In this document: positions 12,823-25,886 of the stretch, in pieces
Numbering within the stretch: position 1 is the stretch's first letter
How the letters are laid out: the number at the start of each line of letters is the position of its first letter
Position numbers and translations under genes: made by a program
The notes under the pieces: model-generated
Seen by the model: only the letters and a program-made list of their open reading frames with translations
Told to the model about the DNA's origin: nothing
Database searches by the model: none
Assembly (NCBI RefSeq): GCF_001194135.2
Contig: NC_068981.1
Location: 43,012,427 to 43,062,079 of the forward strand
Reading direction: 5' to 3'
Length of the DNA: 49,653 nucleotides
Source of the DNA: Octopus bimaculoides
Taxonomy: Eukaryota

Positions 12823-12945
12823 TTTAAGTTTAATTTTTTCCATGCTAGCATGAGTCTGAATGGTAAGATATTTGAAGTAGATTTTATGGCCAGATAGATG
12901 CTTTTCCTATAACCAATGCTTCCTTGTTTCTCAAGAAAGTGATTT
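12823..12945 (-). mobile_element. Degraded RTE-tail repeat
   Basis: TTTTCCATGCTAGCATG...GATGCTTTTCCTATAACCAA resembles 47662-47804. Confidence 0.55.
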
Positions 12946-13078
12946 TTTTCATTCAATAGGTCTTTGATAGGACACAGCAGCCAGTCATAATATCAACAAA
13001 GACTGTTAACACCAGCATAACCTTGCTTAACTGCTGACAAGCTTAGCCTGTACACACACATATACATATGAATATATC

Positions 13079-13493
13079 AGGCACAGGAGGGTTGTGTGGT
13101 AAGTAGCTTGAAAAATTGTAAGAGGCAAATGCCTTAATTTATGACTTTTTATGTACGAGGTTCATAGCCTCAATGTGAAAATTTAATTTTAAAAGAACAG
13201 TGTTATAGAGAAGCAAAGTTCGGTGGGCGGCTGTTGCCTTCTCCCATTATACCATCATATTTATCATCCATTTCATCTCATTAATGTGTTCGTCTAGCCC
13301 GCAGCTACGCTGTATACTGCCTTTATGGCAAATCAAATGAAATAAAGTAGCTTGCCTACAAACCACATGGTTCTGGGTTCAGTCCCACTGTGTGGCACCT
13401 TGGGCAAGTGTCTTCTGCTATAGCCTCGGGCTGACCAAAGCCTTGTGAGTGGATTTGGTAGATGGAAACTGAAAGAAGTCCGTCGTATATATG

Positions 13494-13526
<33 letters not shown>

Positions 13527-13750
13527 GTGTGTGTTTGTGAGTCTGTATTTGTCCCCCCCAACATTGCTTGACAACTGATGCTGGTGTGTTAACATCCCCA
13601 TAACTTAGCAGTTCGGCAAAAGAGACCGATAGAATAAGTACTAGGCATACAAAGAATAAGTCCTGGAGTTGATTTGCTCGACTAAAGGCGGTGCTCCAGC
13701 ATGGCCGCAGTCAAATGACTGAAACAAGTAAAAAAAAAAGAATAAAAGAG
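13079..13750 (+). mobile_element. Full-length SINE family A interrupted by a 235-bp insertion (13111-13345)
   Basis: Head at 13079-13110; SINE resumes at 13346 through an internal (TA)/(TG) tract to GAAACAAGTAAAA. AAGTAGCTTG is duplicated at 13101-13110 and 13346-13355. Confidence 0.9.
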
Positions 13751-14297
13751 GTTATAGTTTGCTTCAGTTTTGGTGTTATAATTAAAGATTCTTCACCTTG
13801 ATAAATTGGAGATGTTTAAATCATTGAAAAAGCCGCAGCCATAACATGAGAAGATTACGACAATTTAGTTAACAAAAACTAAAACTGATGTGAATTCAAC
13901 CAGTTCTGTAGGTTATTGGCAAAATGACCCTCCCAAAATATGACAGTTATATTATTTTAATAATCTGAGCAAGAATAGGAGACACTTAAAGTGAGGTATT
14001 GGCCTTATTGTACTTACCAAATTAGTGATGAAAGTATTATAAAGTACGTATACAATATTATGAAAAATTTGCATATCTAAAAATATAAATCATTGAACTT
14101 TATTATTCAGAAACACTATCTCCATCGTAAACAATAGCTAAGTTAGTATTAAAGTATTTAATGAAGTGAAACATCAAAAAATATAATTAAAAATAATTAT
14201 GTGGTAAAGAAAGACATTTAATCATTTTGGTAAGGATGGGAGACGGAAAAATTGCTGAACAAGATTTACTTCACAGCTGGGACAATAATATGGAAAG

Positions 14298-14331
<34 letters not shown>

Positions 14332-14692
14332 GGTGGAGGTGACAGCGGTGGTGATGAAGATAATGATGATGATGATAATGGTGATTGTGGTATATAATGT
14401 GACAGTTGGTGAATAAAATTATTACTTTCTTAACATTAAAAAGAAAAATGAGACATAAATGTGCATATTATATTGTTGTAAGATATAAAGTTGTTATGCA
14501 GAGGTGTGGATATTTGTGAATATGATTTAACTCTGTATGATATTTATTTCCAGTTTTATGGCTTTGAGTTCAAATAAGACCCGTGGACACACACATATAC
14601 AGATGCACACACATAACCATACCCATTCAGCCACACTCACATATATGTCTCTCTCTCCTTGTATATATACATATATATGTGTATGGGTGTGA

Positions 14693-14735
<43 letters not shown>

Positions 14736-15010
14736 TTTAGATTCAGATAGAGGTCAAAATATCATTTTCCCCACGTCTGACAATATTATTATAACATAGG
14801 AAAACAGTCAGCTAGCAGTCAGATTTGAATCTAAATCAACAGATATGTGTACTCTCTCTTCTTTTAAAATATACCGAGTGCTTTATTGAAGTGTGATCTT
14901 GATAGGGTGGTCTGGAATATCACACACTCACAAACATACACACACACAAACACACACACACACACACACACATGTGTATTTTCATATATTATATATATGT
15001 ATGCATATAT

Positions 15011-15714
15011 ACCAGAGTAAGTGCATAAATGTGAAAGAAGGTGGAAAAAAATAATACTCGAATACCAGAGGTAGAGTAATATGCTTTACAAATAAAGCTG
15101 CAAAGATATCAGAAAAACTGTTACTAAGAAGAGTTTCACATTCCTGTTTGACAGAGACTTATGGTTGAGAATGCCTTGAATTTGGTTCTTCTTAGGGTCC
15201 CTAGTGAGCATAGGTAAATTTTGAATAATAATGATATATGCCTCATTGTTTCTAGGGTTGTGGGTAGAAATATACGTAGCATTTTAAAAATGGTTGTATT
15301 TCATTTTATTTCCCTTAGTGTTTGGATATCTCTTCAAATGTTTTTTCCAATCATCAATTAGTGAAGGTCAATGATGTCTGGTTTTAATTTCATGAAGTCG
15401 TAGGTCCCAGGTATTTGCATCAGACACTATTGTCGAAATCTTTTTCACTAAATTCAAAAGGATATTTATTTTAATGTGTTCCGGGTGGCATGAATTAAAT
15501 TATAAGTATTGCTTCAATTCTGGATTATAATAGATGTCTGTATATCAATTTGGTTATTGACTATTTTTTTTATTAAAATATCAAGAACGGAAATTTCTCT
15601 TTGCTGTATTCCATTGTAAATTGGATGTCAGTATTTATACCATTGAGCACTGTTTTAAATTCAAATAATTTATCAATACTTTCATTGAAAAAGATAAAGC
15701 AGTCATCCTTGACC
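15011..15714 (-). mobile_element. Penelope-like element fragment (RT core/thumb joined to a 3' pLTR-like tail)
   Basis: Minus strand: VKDDCFIFFNESIDKLFEFKTVLNGINTDIQFTMEYSKEKFPFLDI..QYL*FNSCHPEHIKINI..STHNPRNNEAY. The QFTME, PFLD and SCHP motifs are typical of PLE RT. Frameshifts and stops are present. Confidence 0.85.
15114..15160 (-). ncRNA. Degenerate type I hammerhead-like motif in the PLE tail
   Basis: Minus strand: CTGTCAA - ACA GGAA TGT - GAA A CT(cttctt)AG T A. The core deviates from CUGANGA at 2 positions and stem I is poor. Confidence 0.4.
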
Positions 15715-15833
15715 TGACGTCAAAATAGTTGTAAACAAATGTCGCCATCATACAAGTAGTCTTTCATTTTCAGTATTCTGTAAAAAGATGTCTGATCTTG
15801 AAGTAATATTACTTTACTTAGAAATAGGTAAAG

Positions 15834-15930
15834 GTTGGCAACAGGAAGGGCATCCAGCTGTGGAATCCACCTCAAGAGATTCCATCTGACCCAGGAAAAC
15901 ATGGAAATGTGAACATTAAAATGATGTTGA
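15834..15930 (+). mobile_element. RTE-tail repeat fragment
   Basis: GGTTGGCAACAGGAAGGGCATCCAGCTGT...ATTAAAATGATG. Confidence 0.7.
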
Positions 15931-18225
15931 TATGTGTGTGTGCATGCATGTGTATGTTCATTCATTAAAAAAAAAAAAAAAAAGCACTACTTTGTAACTT
16001 GTCCCCTCTGTGTTCAGCCCTGTGTGGCTAATAAAGAGGCATATATTATGCAATAACATACACACACATGACACACACATACACTCACATAGTGCACACA
16101 CATTATGAGACAAAGATACAAATATACAATCAGCCAGACTTGGCATCTAATCAGATAACACTAAAATTATGTTAAAGATCAAGACAAATGACAATATTTG
16201 TGTGTCTCAACAATACTTAAGTGCAACTACATGAGTGATAATAGCATTCAAATATGCATAATTCCACGACCATGATCTTTTTTGCAAACAAATAATCCTT
16301 AAGCTGGGAAACTATTAAAAACTATGTGCTTATTCTTAACCTGTTACATAGCTGCCTGAGATGCATGTTTTTGAGAACCTTTCACATATTCACAGACTGC
16401 TGAAAATTTGTTGAGAATTTTGTGGTTGGATACTGAGAACATATGTGAGGAAAGACAAGACTGATGGATATCTCTTGTTTTATTTGGGACAACAGGCCAA
16501 AGATATGGTCTCACTGTAGTTCATACCTTGCTTACCAATTGGAGAGATTTAAAACAATGTCTTCATCAGGAGACTTGAAATAATGGAAATACCACAATAC
16601 CGCTGTGCATTATAACTGCTTTTGAAACTCTAGAGAAAAATGTACCATCATATATGTGTGAAAGATTGTCAAAAACCTTGTTCTAAAGTTTGATATACAA
16701 GAAAGTAAATATAAGAAGGATAGAAGCTGGAGTCAGGTCCCAAGATGCCTTTCTTCATACTATTGCCTCAAAAACCTGTGTATATCAGAGAAGCATTATG
16801 AATAGTAAATACAGGCTAGGATCTCACATATGTAATACAGAAAGTTGAGAATATTTTATTTACAGAATTATTCATGCAATTAGTATACAAATCTTTTTCT
16901 ATCAATATTTAAAATTAAAAAGATACAACAGTCAAGTGAGTTAACTCCAATAGCATCAGCTAATTGTAACCTTATTAGAATTATCTATCTTGCATGTTAG
17001 TTTTAAAATTAAAACACCAACAGGGAGTTTTTGCCTACTAATTGCATGGATAATCTTAGGTAATCAAAGGCTTTCAACTTACTGTATTATGTACATAAGT
17101 GGAACACATAAGTGTTGCATTTTAAAGGTCATTAAGTGTACAGCTATCTTCTAAAAGAATAACAAAACACGACTAAGACATTTAAAACATCTATGAGTCA
17201 ATGCATTTCTCTGACTTACTAGACCATCCGTCTGTAAAAGTTATCGCCAAAACAATGATTTGTTGCTCTATTATGTAGAGATACTTTGTACACTGGCTCT
17301 ATTGTTGTTACAGGTATTGCTGTCAGAACACAAAGAGCTGGAGCAACTATCAAAAGGCATCTTTTCTGACACTCTGGCAGTTGTCATTTTACCACCTGGG
17401 ATGGATACATTTTAGTAACTTCAGAAAGATGGAAAGTACAATTGACTTTTAGAAGTACATTGGGCTGGAACAAATACTGCTAAGCAATTTTTCAAATGCT
17501 TTGACAAATCTAAAATTTTGTATGTAGGTAAGACATGTGCATATGTACATATGTATGTATCCATGTATGTATGAGTATGAATGTATGCATATATCTAAGT
17601 GTGTGTGTGAATGTATGTTTTTATGTATGTGTGTATATCTGTTTGTATATATGTGTGTTTATACGTACACAAGGACCAATAATGGCACAAGCTGAATAGT
17701 GAACGTTATCTTAACATAATTTAAGAGCATAGTTTATGACAGATAACTTATTTAAAGAATTCTAAGGAAACAAAATCCTTTCCCACACAAGATGCTGTTA
17801 CATCTTACATTCATAGCAACATGAGGAACACATGTAGTTTTCTCCAGAATATATCATTAGCTGTCAATTGGAGTATTTTTGTTGCTTCAACATTACCATA
17901 TTTCAATATCTGCGTGCACTGGTATGTTTGGAAGTAGGGAGGAACTTGTCTACAACAGATACTGTCTTCTACTATCCAAATCTAGAACTCTGCTAGCCAA
18001 AGCATCAATTTTGTTGTGTTTTAAATGGGGCATAGAGAAATATGATGTGTTATCATGCAACTTATGCACAGAATAAAAAAAATATGACTGAGAATCAATC
18101 ATATTAAATAGTAGGACAAACAAAATTCATCTTTACTCTTATATTCTACTGTACTAATATAACTTCCTCATGTTCTTTGATCATTCACTCATTCTATAAG
18201 TTGCATAAATTTGAAATTTCATACA

Positions 18226-18381
18226 CACACACACACACACACACATGCAGGCACACACACACACACACACACACATACACACACACACAGACTCATACAT
18301 ACACACACATTACACACATAAATATACATACATATGTGTGTGTATATATGTGTGTTTATATATGTGTGTATGTCTCTATAT

Positions 18382-18476
<95 letters not shown>

Positions 18477-18495
18477 TATATATGTGTGTATATAT
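18226..18495. repeat. Compound (CA)n/(TA)n microsatellite
   Basis: Seen directly. Confidence 0.95.
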
Positions 18496-18789
18496 ATATC
18501 ATGAAGTCGTTGGTTATGACTGATCAGAAAGTTACCATTGGTTTCATGTCTATTATTGCTCTTAGTAAGAAAGGTGACTCATCAAACCCACTGGCTAGAA
18601 GTACATAATCTCTTTACTAATAGAAGTAAGAATACAGTCTTAGTCAGCAAAGTTGTAAAGAAAATAAACCCAAAGCAAAATTCTTCGAAGCAAAAGCCTC
18701 TTCTGTGCAAGATGAAGTTATGTCCATTTGAAAGGTTCCAGCTGTGTCTAAAAAGGGTCAGTTTATGCACAATTACCATTCAGTAGTCA

Positions 18790-19860
18790 GTGGGTAAATC
18801 CATGTCCCCAACATGAAACTTCTCTCATGATGGCACCAACTAAAAATTTTCCTTTTGGAATTTAAGATGGTTCTGAGATCAAGCGAATCTTTTACGATCC
18901 TTGCCTTTCCAGTCAAGTAAAGTTTACATCGTCTGCTCCCACTGAGGTATGGTCGAGGTTGTTTTAGGAGCTTCCACTTAATCATGTATACCATTTTCTC
19001 CTCATTTAGACACAATATGCAGCTGCTGTTGTTGCTGCTGTTACTGATAGACACCACCTCCACCTCATAGACCACAGCCTTGGAGTCAGTCACATCGTCT
19101 GCCTACGAGGCATTTCCTCTTTAGTCTACATGAGCATCCCACCTCTATGTGGGGTTTAGGGGCATTCACTAAAAGCTTTTTTTTATACTGGGTGCACAGT
19201 TAAATGAGACCTTTAAGTGTGTTTATTAAATAATTTTCTGTACCCATGGAATTGCATGAAATGCTTATCCACTGATCTAAGGAATACCCTTTCCATGAAG
19301 ATTTTGATGTTGATGGAGAAGGGTGGTGAAATTAAATGACCATATGGTGGCACTTACTTTTGTGGGTATTTGGTCCCAGCATTAAGTCCTCAAACCTGCA
19401 GGCTGCCAAAGCCTTTTTGTACTAGAGGGCCATAGCATCGTAAATTTCTTTATTCAAGGATAGGCTCAACATCCTCTAACTGACTACCTTTGCCAGGTTC
19501 TTAAACACATCAGATGAGTGGCAGGAAGCTGTGTTAATATATGACAACCTTTCATTTGGTTAGTAGTAGGGTTTGTATAAATGAGAATAACACCTAAGAA
19601 GTTAGCTATGATAAGACTGGTCTGAATTCTAATCTTAAGACCAAAGAAGCTAAGTGTGTGAATTAGATCCTTCAAAAACCTGTCTAGGGTGTGCCTATTT
19701 ATGTCTCTAAAGAGGGCTGACATGTCATCTCGGTATAAACCAAAAGGACTGATGGGGACCTCTTTGTTAAGGTCTCCAGTATATATAATCCTATGAAGTC
19801 ATATATCTGCATTGTTGAATGCCCCCATCACCACTTCGAAGGAGCTTACTTGGTCAGATT
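18790..19860 (-). mobile_element. Second Penelope-like element fragment (RT with YRDD motif plus GIY-YIG C-terminal region), degraded
   Basis: Minus strand: VMGAFNNAD..PFGLYRDDMSAL..DRFLKDLIHTLSFFGLKIRIQTSLIIANFLGV, then IKWKLLKQPRPYLSGSRRCKLYLTGK..ILNSKRKIFSWCHHERSFML. This matches the Cys/His-rich end of PLE GIY-YIG endonucleases. Confidence 0.85.
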
Positions 19861-20099
19861 GTTTGCCCCCATAAGATTATGAAGTGGTTGGCTCTTTATT
19901 TCATGTTTATTCCCTCAGGACAACATAGTTGATGAGCTGACTAAAAGAGTACAGCAGTAACAAAAGAAGAAATGGGATTGATGGGGATAAGGGATCAAGA
20001 ATGAAATGAAAGGAAACAGTGATTGAGATAAGGCTGGTAAAAAGGTTGAGAGAGTGATGGATAGTAAGAGGTGGCTAAATGTTGAGAATAACTAATGGA

Positions 20100-20372
20100 T
20101 CATCATCACCATCATCATTTAACGTCAGTTTTCCATGCTAGCATGGGTTGGACGGCTTGACTGAGGTCTAGAGAGCCAGTGGCTGCACCAGGCTCCAATC
20201 TGATCTGGCAATATTTCTACAGCTGGATGCCCTTCCTAATGCCAACCACTCCAAGAATGTAGTCAGTGCTTTTTACATGCCACTGGCACAGGAGCCAGTC
20301 AGTTGGGCCTGGCATCGATCATGTTTGGATGGTGCTTTTTACATGCCACTGGCATGGAAGCCAATCAAGGGG
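20100..20372 (-). mobile_element. RTE 3'UTR / RTE-tail element with (GAT)n tail
   Basis: TTTAACGTCAGTTTTCCATGCTAGCATGGGTTGGACG...CAGCTGGATGCCCTTCCTAATGCCAACC. Contains an internal 23-bp direct repeat at 20266-20288 / 20332-20354. Confidence 0.85.
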
Positions 20373-21665
20373 TAACAAATGGTTGGAGGGAATAATGATA
20401 AGCTGTTGGAGCAGTATGTGCAGTACATGCAAAGCTGATAAGATTTTTATAGCTATGGCTGGAGATTGGCAGGAGAGATTTGGTGATAAGAATGAGAAAG
20501 AGAAGAGCTGAGTTTTGATGAGAGAGTCAAATTGGTTTAATGACATCTCTAGTTATACTGGAGACATGGTACAGTGATCCTCTACCATACTTAGTTACCC
20601 TGATCACATAGAAAATTGAAAGAGAAAAGAAGGCAAGTGATTTAGAAATGAGAAGTAAGAACATGAGATATAGAAGCATAAGTGATAAAGCCAGTAAAGG
20701 CATGGATACCAGTGGCATAGGATAAAGAAAGAAATAGGATGTGTGGTAGGAGAGATTTATAACAGAAAGGCTGCGCTGGATTAACCATTAAGCAAAATAA
20801 GCATGTGCTTAGGGCATCAAGGAAAGGGACCATCACAGAAATGGTTTACAGCACAAAAGAAGTCACATGAAACTTGCTAAAATAATATTTGAAATGGTTT
20901 ATATGATTGGAAATATAATTTTGAAGCTTTCACGGTGTCATAGTAAGGATCTGATCAAAGACTTTGCATCTGAAAAAAAGTAAAAGAAAACTTTTCAAAT
21001 ATAACTGAAATGGAAGTATTCAAAAATAAACATTATTTTCCATCTTGCTATTAGTTTTGCTTCATTTTGAAAAATAGAATTTATTTTATGGTTTATTATT
21101 GCTTATACTTTGAATCATATATATATGGGGCCACCAAAATTTTCTAAGTGTTTAGGGCTGCTATAGGTCTTAATCTGGCCCTACAGAGAGGTGAATCATA
21201 TAAATGTTAACAACAGGACACAGTATGGAAAAAGCCAAAGCTGCACATCTCTATGAAATTGTCCATGCATTCTTTTCTTTATCCACCTATTTTCAGTTTC
21301 ATTCGTTTTCAATTGCTTGTTCAGTGCTGTATCTTTGCAATCTTTCATCCTACATAAGCTTGACCTTCTGACTTCTAATAATAGCGGTTCTGTGGTATTT
21401 TTTACATACCATACTATGTTGTTTTCTTCTGCTCTAATGCTGTGTTTGCTTCCAGTTCAGAGTGGCTCATACAGTGACCAGATAGTCGTAGTTGTGTTTG
21501 TCTGATCTTCTTGCTAACTTTTGGCAGGTCTCCATAAAGGCATTCCTTTGTCATATGTTGCTGCCATTTCATATTTAGCTCCTCATATTTCTAAATGTGA
21601 ATAGCTATGCAGCACTGCTACAGCAACAAACCTGTTCAGCTTTGTCCTCTTCTCTCATACTTTAA

Positions 21666-21886
21666 CCCTTTAGCACTTAAACCAACCAGATCCAGCCAAA
21701 ATATTCTACTTGTTTTATGTTCAAACTGGCCTGATCTGGTCTCTCACACCTACCCTAGAATGTCATTCTAAAAGTATACAAGCACATCATTAAAATCTCA
21801 AAGCTACAAGATAATGCGTGATTAATTCAAAACAGATGTGAGTCAATAAGCATTGCATTTGATAGAGTAATCTGAATGGTAAGGGG
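21666..21886. mobile_element. piggyBac-type MITE, 221 bp
   Basis: TTAA|CCCTTTAGCAC ... ATGGTAAGGGG|TTAA. TTAA duplication at 21662-65 and 21887-90, CCC/GGG termini and imperfect TIRs. Confidence 0.8.
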
Positions 21887-21949
21887 TTAATCCTTTATTT
21901 TGTAAAGTAAAGCCACCTTTCTCAGAGTCTATAGTCATGCAAACTGCAT

Positions 21950-22225
21950 GGCAGCCTCACTAGTACCAGTGGCACAAAAAAGCATCCCATATACACTGTA
22001 AAGTGGTTGCCAATAGGAAATGGATCTAGCCTTAGAAATCAAGCTAAAATAGACAGTGGAGCATGAGGCAGTCTTTTGACCTGTCAGATCTTGTCAAACC
22101 ATCCAGTCTATACCAGTATGGAACATGGAAGTTAAATGATGATGATGATGATGATGACGACGGCGACAATGATGACAGCGATGATAGTGGTGGTGGTGAT
22201 GATGATCATGATGATGATGGTGATG
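21950..22225 (+). mobile_element. Degraded RTE 3'UTR/tail with (GAT)n-rich tail
   Basis: CCAGTGGCAC..AAAGTGGTTGCCAATAGGAA..CAAACCATCCAGTC..GTTAAATGATGATGAT. Confidence 0.7.
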
Positions 22226-24679
22226 ATATATATTTGCGTGTGTGTGTGTGTCAGCTGAAGTATGGAGAGAGCAAATGTGGATAAATTGTAAATAAGTTGA
22301 GGTGCATACATTTAATAAACACACATTGTAGCTGTCAATTTTTGCAAGTTGAGTGAGCATATAAAAGCTTTCTCAAAATAACTTTTGAGGTGTCTAACTG
22401 AAGTGGAAATTTGCTTCAACAAAGAATCAAACCCAGGTTCCAAAATTCATTCACCCTGTGCTTGATGATCTGGTGTTGATCATCATAGCTGTCAGTTAAT
22501 AAAAATTAATTAACAAATATGAAAATAAATGGGAGTAAATTGAAATACATACATACATACATGCACACATGCACACATACATACACACATACACATATGT
22601 GTGTGTATGTATGTGTGTATGTATATGTATCAATTTATGATTTGTGTGAACAATTTGAACATGTGTAATTTGTTGTTTTAAAAATGTTTGTCATAGGGTT
22701 GAAGAGGCGAAAAAATGAATTAAACATTTTTAGTCAATTATATTTTAATTTCAAGTTTTTACATAAAACATGTTCCATAAATACTTTACAATTCTCATTC
22801 ATCAGATTCCATATAACACATGTACATATATATATNNNNNNNNNNTGTGTGTGTGTATATATATATATATACGTACACATGCACACACATGCATACACAC
22901 ATGCAGACACAGTTGCACACATGCATGCAGACACACCACACACACACACACACACACATACATACACATGTGTATGTTTTATACTAGATATATGTTTTGT
23001 GTGTGCACATACATGTATGCATGAATACATAGATACACATACATACATAAGAATATATACGAATATGTAAATACATACATATACTTAAATGCATACATAC
23101 ATGCAAACAAACATATACATAGTTATATATGTGTGTGTGCATGCATGCGCAGCTGTGTATATATACATATGCAGATACATATAAATGTATGTACATATAT
23201 TCATATATATATATATATTTATATATATACATTTGCACAAGGTGGAGGTACGAATAGAAAAACTTAAGTTAAAAACAAAATCAAGAAATAAAAATAGGTA
23301 TGAGTATTAAAATTAGAATTTTTCAAGTTTAGTTCATTTGATATTTGAATAAAATGATTAATCATTTTTAATTAATCGAACACAAGTTTAAACATAAATA
23401 AATAAATAAATGTGAAAAAACTTTAATTTAAATAACTAAATGAATAAAGCAATTAAAAATAGCCTCTACTCATTCATTTTTTAGTTTTTCTTGACACCAG
23501 CGACTAATTAACCACTTTTCATATTTGGTGTAATTTATAAACTATTTAATTATGCCACAATCATCATGTTCACTATCCCCAACATTGTCGTATCCAGCCA
23601 TCATCAACGTTTTCATCATTGCCCATGACCATCACCATCGTTTATGTCTATCCTGCAACATTTTTTTCACCTCACCCTCTTCCACCTTAGCTTGACTTGG
23701 GTTGGACAAGAATATCAATATCAATGGTTGTAAAACAAATCTCAAAGAAAAAGAGAAACCAAAAACTGTTTGTAAATATTAAGAGTTAAAAGAGATGTGT
23801 CAATATTATATAGAAACATTCCAAGTGCCAGGCTCAACCCCTTTATGATATAGTCAGCATGACTTTGATGTATAATTACAAATTTCTCATATACTAAAAG
23901 GGAAAAAGCAAAAAAGAGATACATATGTTTATGTATAGGTATGTTTCAGTGTTTCTGTATGTGTTTGTGTTAGCTAGTGTATATATGTATGTGCATGGAA
24001 GTGAAAAACTATTTTTAAAAAAATATAATAATATAGTGTAAATTTATAATAAATGCTTAAATTAATTAAATATATTACTATAAACTTCAATCTATTTAGA
24101 AAACCAATCATGTTTGTAAAGTTAGGTGGAATTAATAATGCAGATATCTAAGACAAACATAAATTTATGATTATTGGAGAATTGGAAAAAAAAAAATCTT
24201 TCAAATGAAAATTTCTTTTTTTACTTGGGTAGAACTAAATTTAGTGAGAGAGAGGGAAAGTGGAGTTAGTTGATTAAATCAATTTCCATTTTATTACAGG
24301 TATTTACATTATAGACTTTGGAATAATGAAACTTTCAAAGCAATTCAGAAAATATGTTTTTGAGGTAGTGAACTGAATCTGTTGCCTTGTATAATACTAC
24401 TGTCAGGTCTTTCAATGTATTTAGCAAAGTCAAATTTGTTGTAAGCATTAGGGCAAGTTCTGTGGTCTGGGGAGAACTTCCTCCTTCTCTCCTATCAGTT
24501 TTGGAGGGTCTGGAAAAGATCGTCAGTAATAGCCATCCCTTTTTCACTAAAACAATATGCATACAAATATGTGAGCACACACACACACACACACACACAA
24601 ACATAAACACACATGCAGATAGATAGATAAATAGATAAAGAGACAGACAGACAGACAGACAGATAGATAGATAGATATA

Positions 24680-25078
24680 CCTTTTATCTTTTACTTATTT
24701 CTGTCATTAGACTGTGGCCTTGCTGAGGCACCACATTGAAGGGTTTTATTGAACAAATTGACCCCAGGACTTATACTTTTAAAGTCTGGTACTTATTCTA
24801 ACAGTGTCTTTTGCCAAACCACTAAGTTATGGGGATGTAAACACATTAACACCAAGTAATGGTGGAAGACAAACACAGAAACACACACACGCACACACAA
24901 ACACACACACACACACCATGACAGACTTTTTCCAGTTTCTGTCAACTAAATCCGCACACAAAACTTTGGTTGGCCCGAGGCTATAGTAGAAACACTTCCC
25001 CAAGGACTGAACCTGTGGGACTGAACCTGGAACCATGTGGTTGGGAAGCAAGCTTCTTACCACACAGCCATGCCCATA
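24680..25078 (-). mobile_element. Full-length SINE family A
   Basis: Reverse complement of the 13079-13750 family, including the internal (CA)n tract and the head ACCATGTGGTTGGGAAGCAAGCTTCTTACCACACAGCC. Confidence 0.88.
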
Positions 25079-25116
25079 CATATGTATATATGTATATATG
25101 TATATATATATGTATG

Positions 25117-25155
<39 letters not shown>

Positions 25156-25376
25156 GCAAGCATGTATGTATGTATATCTCCATCCCAGTTTTAGAATAGA
25201 CACACCATGTTTGTGCATGTTATGAAAGATGACATAAAGAGGGTATGCAATAAGAAAGGCATCTGGCCATAAGATGTTGCTTCAGAAAAGCATGCCAGCA
25301 AGAAAAATTGATGATAATGATTATAATTATCAAGATTCCTATACATTTTATGTATGAACATATGTATGTATGTATA

Positions 25377-25808
25377 TAGGCACAGGAGTGGGTGTGTAGT
25401 GAGAAGCTTGCTTCCCAACCACATGGTTTCAGGTTCAGTCCCACTGTGTAGCACCTAGGCTAAGTGTCTTTGACTATAGCCTCTGGCCAATCAAAGCCTT
25501 GTAAGTGGATTTGGTAGATGGAAACTGAAAGAGGCCCATCGTATATATATATGTATGTATGTATATATGTATTTGTATATATATAGAGATATATATATGT
25601 ATGTATTTGTATGTCTGCATTTGTCACCCCCACCATCACTTGACAACCTAGGTTGGTGTGTTTACATCCCTATAACTTAGTGGTTTAGCAAAAGAGACTA
25701 ATGGAATAAGTACTAGGCTTACTAAGAATAAGTCCTGGGGTTCATTTGTTCGACTAAACACAATGTTCCAGCATGGCTGCAGTCAAATGACTGAAACAGG
25801 TAAAAGAA
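25377..25808 (+). mobile_element. Full-length SINE family A
   Basis: GGCACAGGAGTGG..GGTTCAGTCCCACTG..GCCTTGTAAGTGGATTTGGTAGATGGAAACTG..GCAGTCAAATGACTGAAACAGGTAAAAG. Confidence 0.9.
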
Positions 25809-25811
25809 GAA

Positions 25812-25842
<31 letters not shown>

Positions 25843-25850
25843 TAAACATG

Positions 25851-25886
<36 letters not shown>

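Noticed and set aside
17296-17420. Possible exon after TTGTTGTTACAG
   Set aside because: No convincing donor or homology; the downstream part resembles degraded SINE sequence.
18675-18708. Hammerhead-like CAGAAGA-GGC(TTTT)GCT-TCGAAG downstream of the second PLE
   Set aside because: The position is plausible, but there are too many core mismatches and only a 3-bp stem I. It is not distinguishable from chance.
20380-20880. Purine-biased tract, possibly an ancient CR1/L2 LINE on the minus strand
   Set aside because: I could not recover a convincing protein motif by eye.
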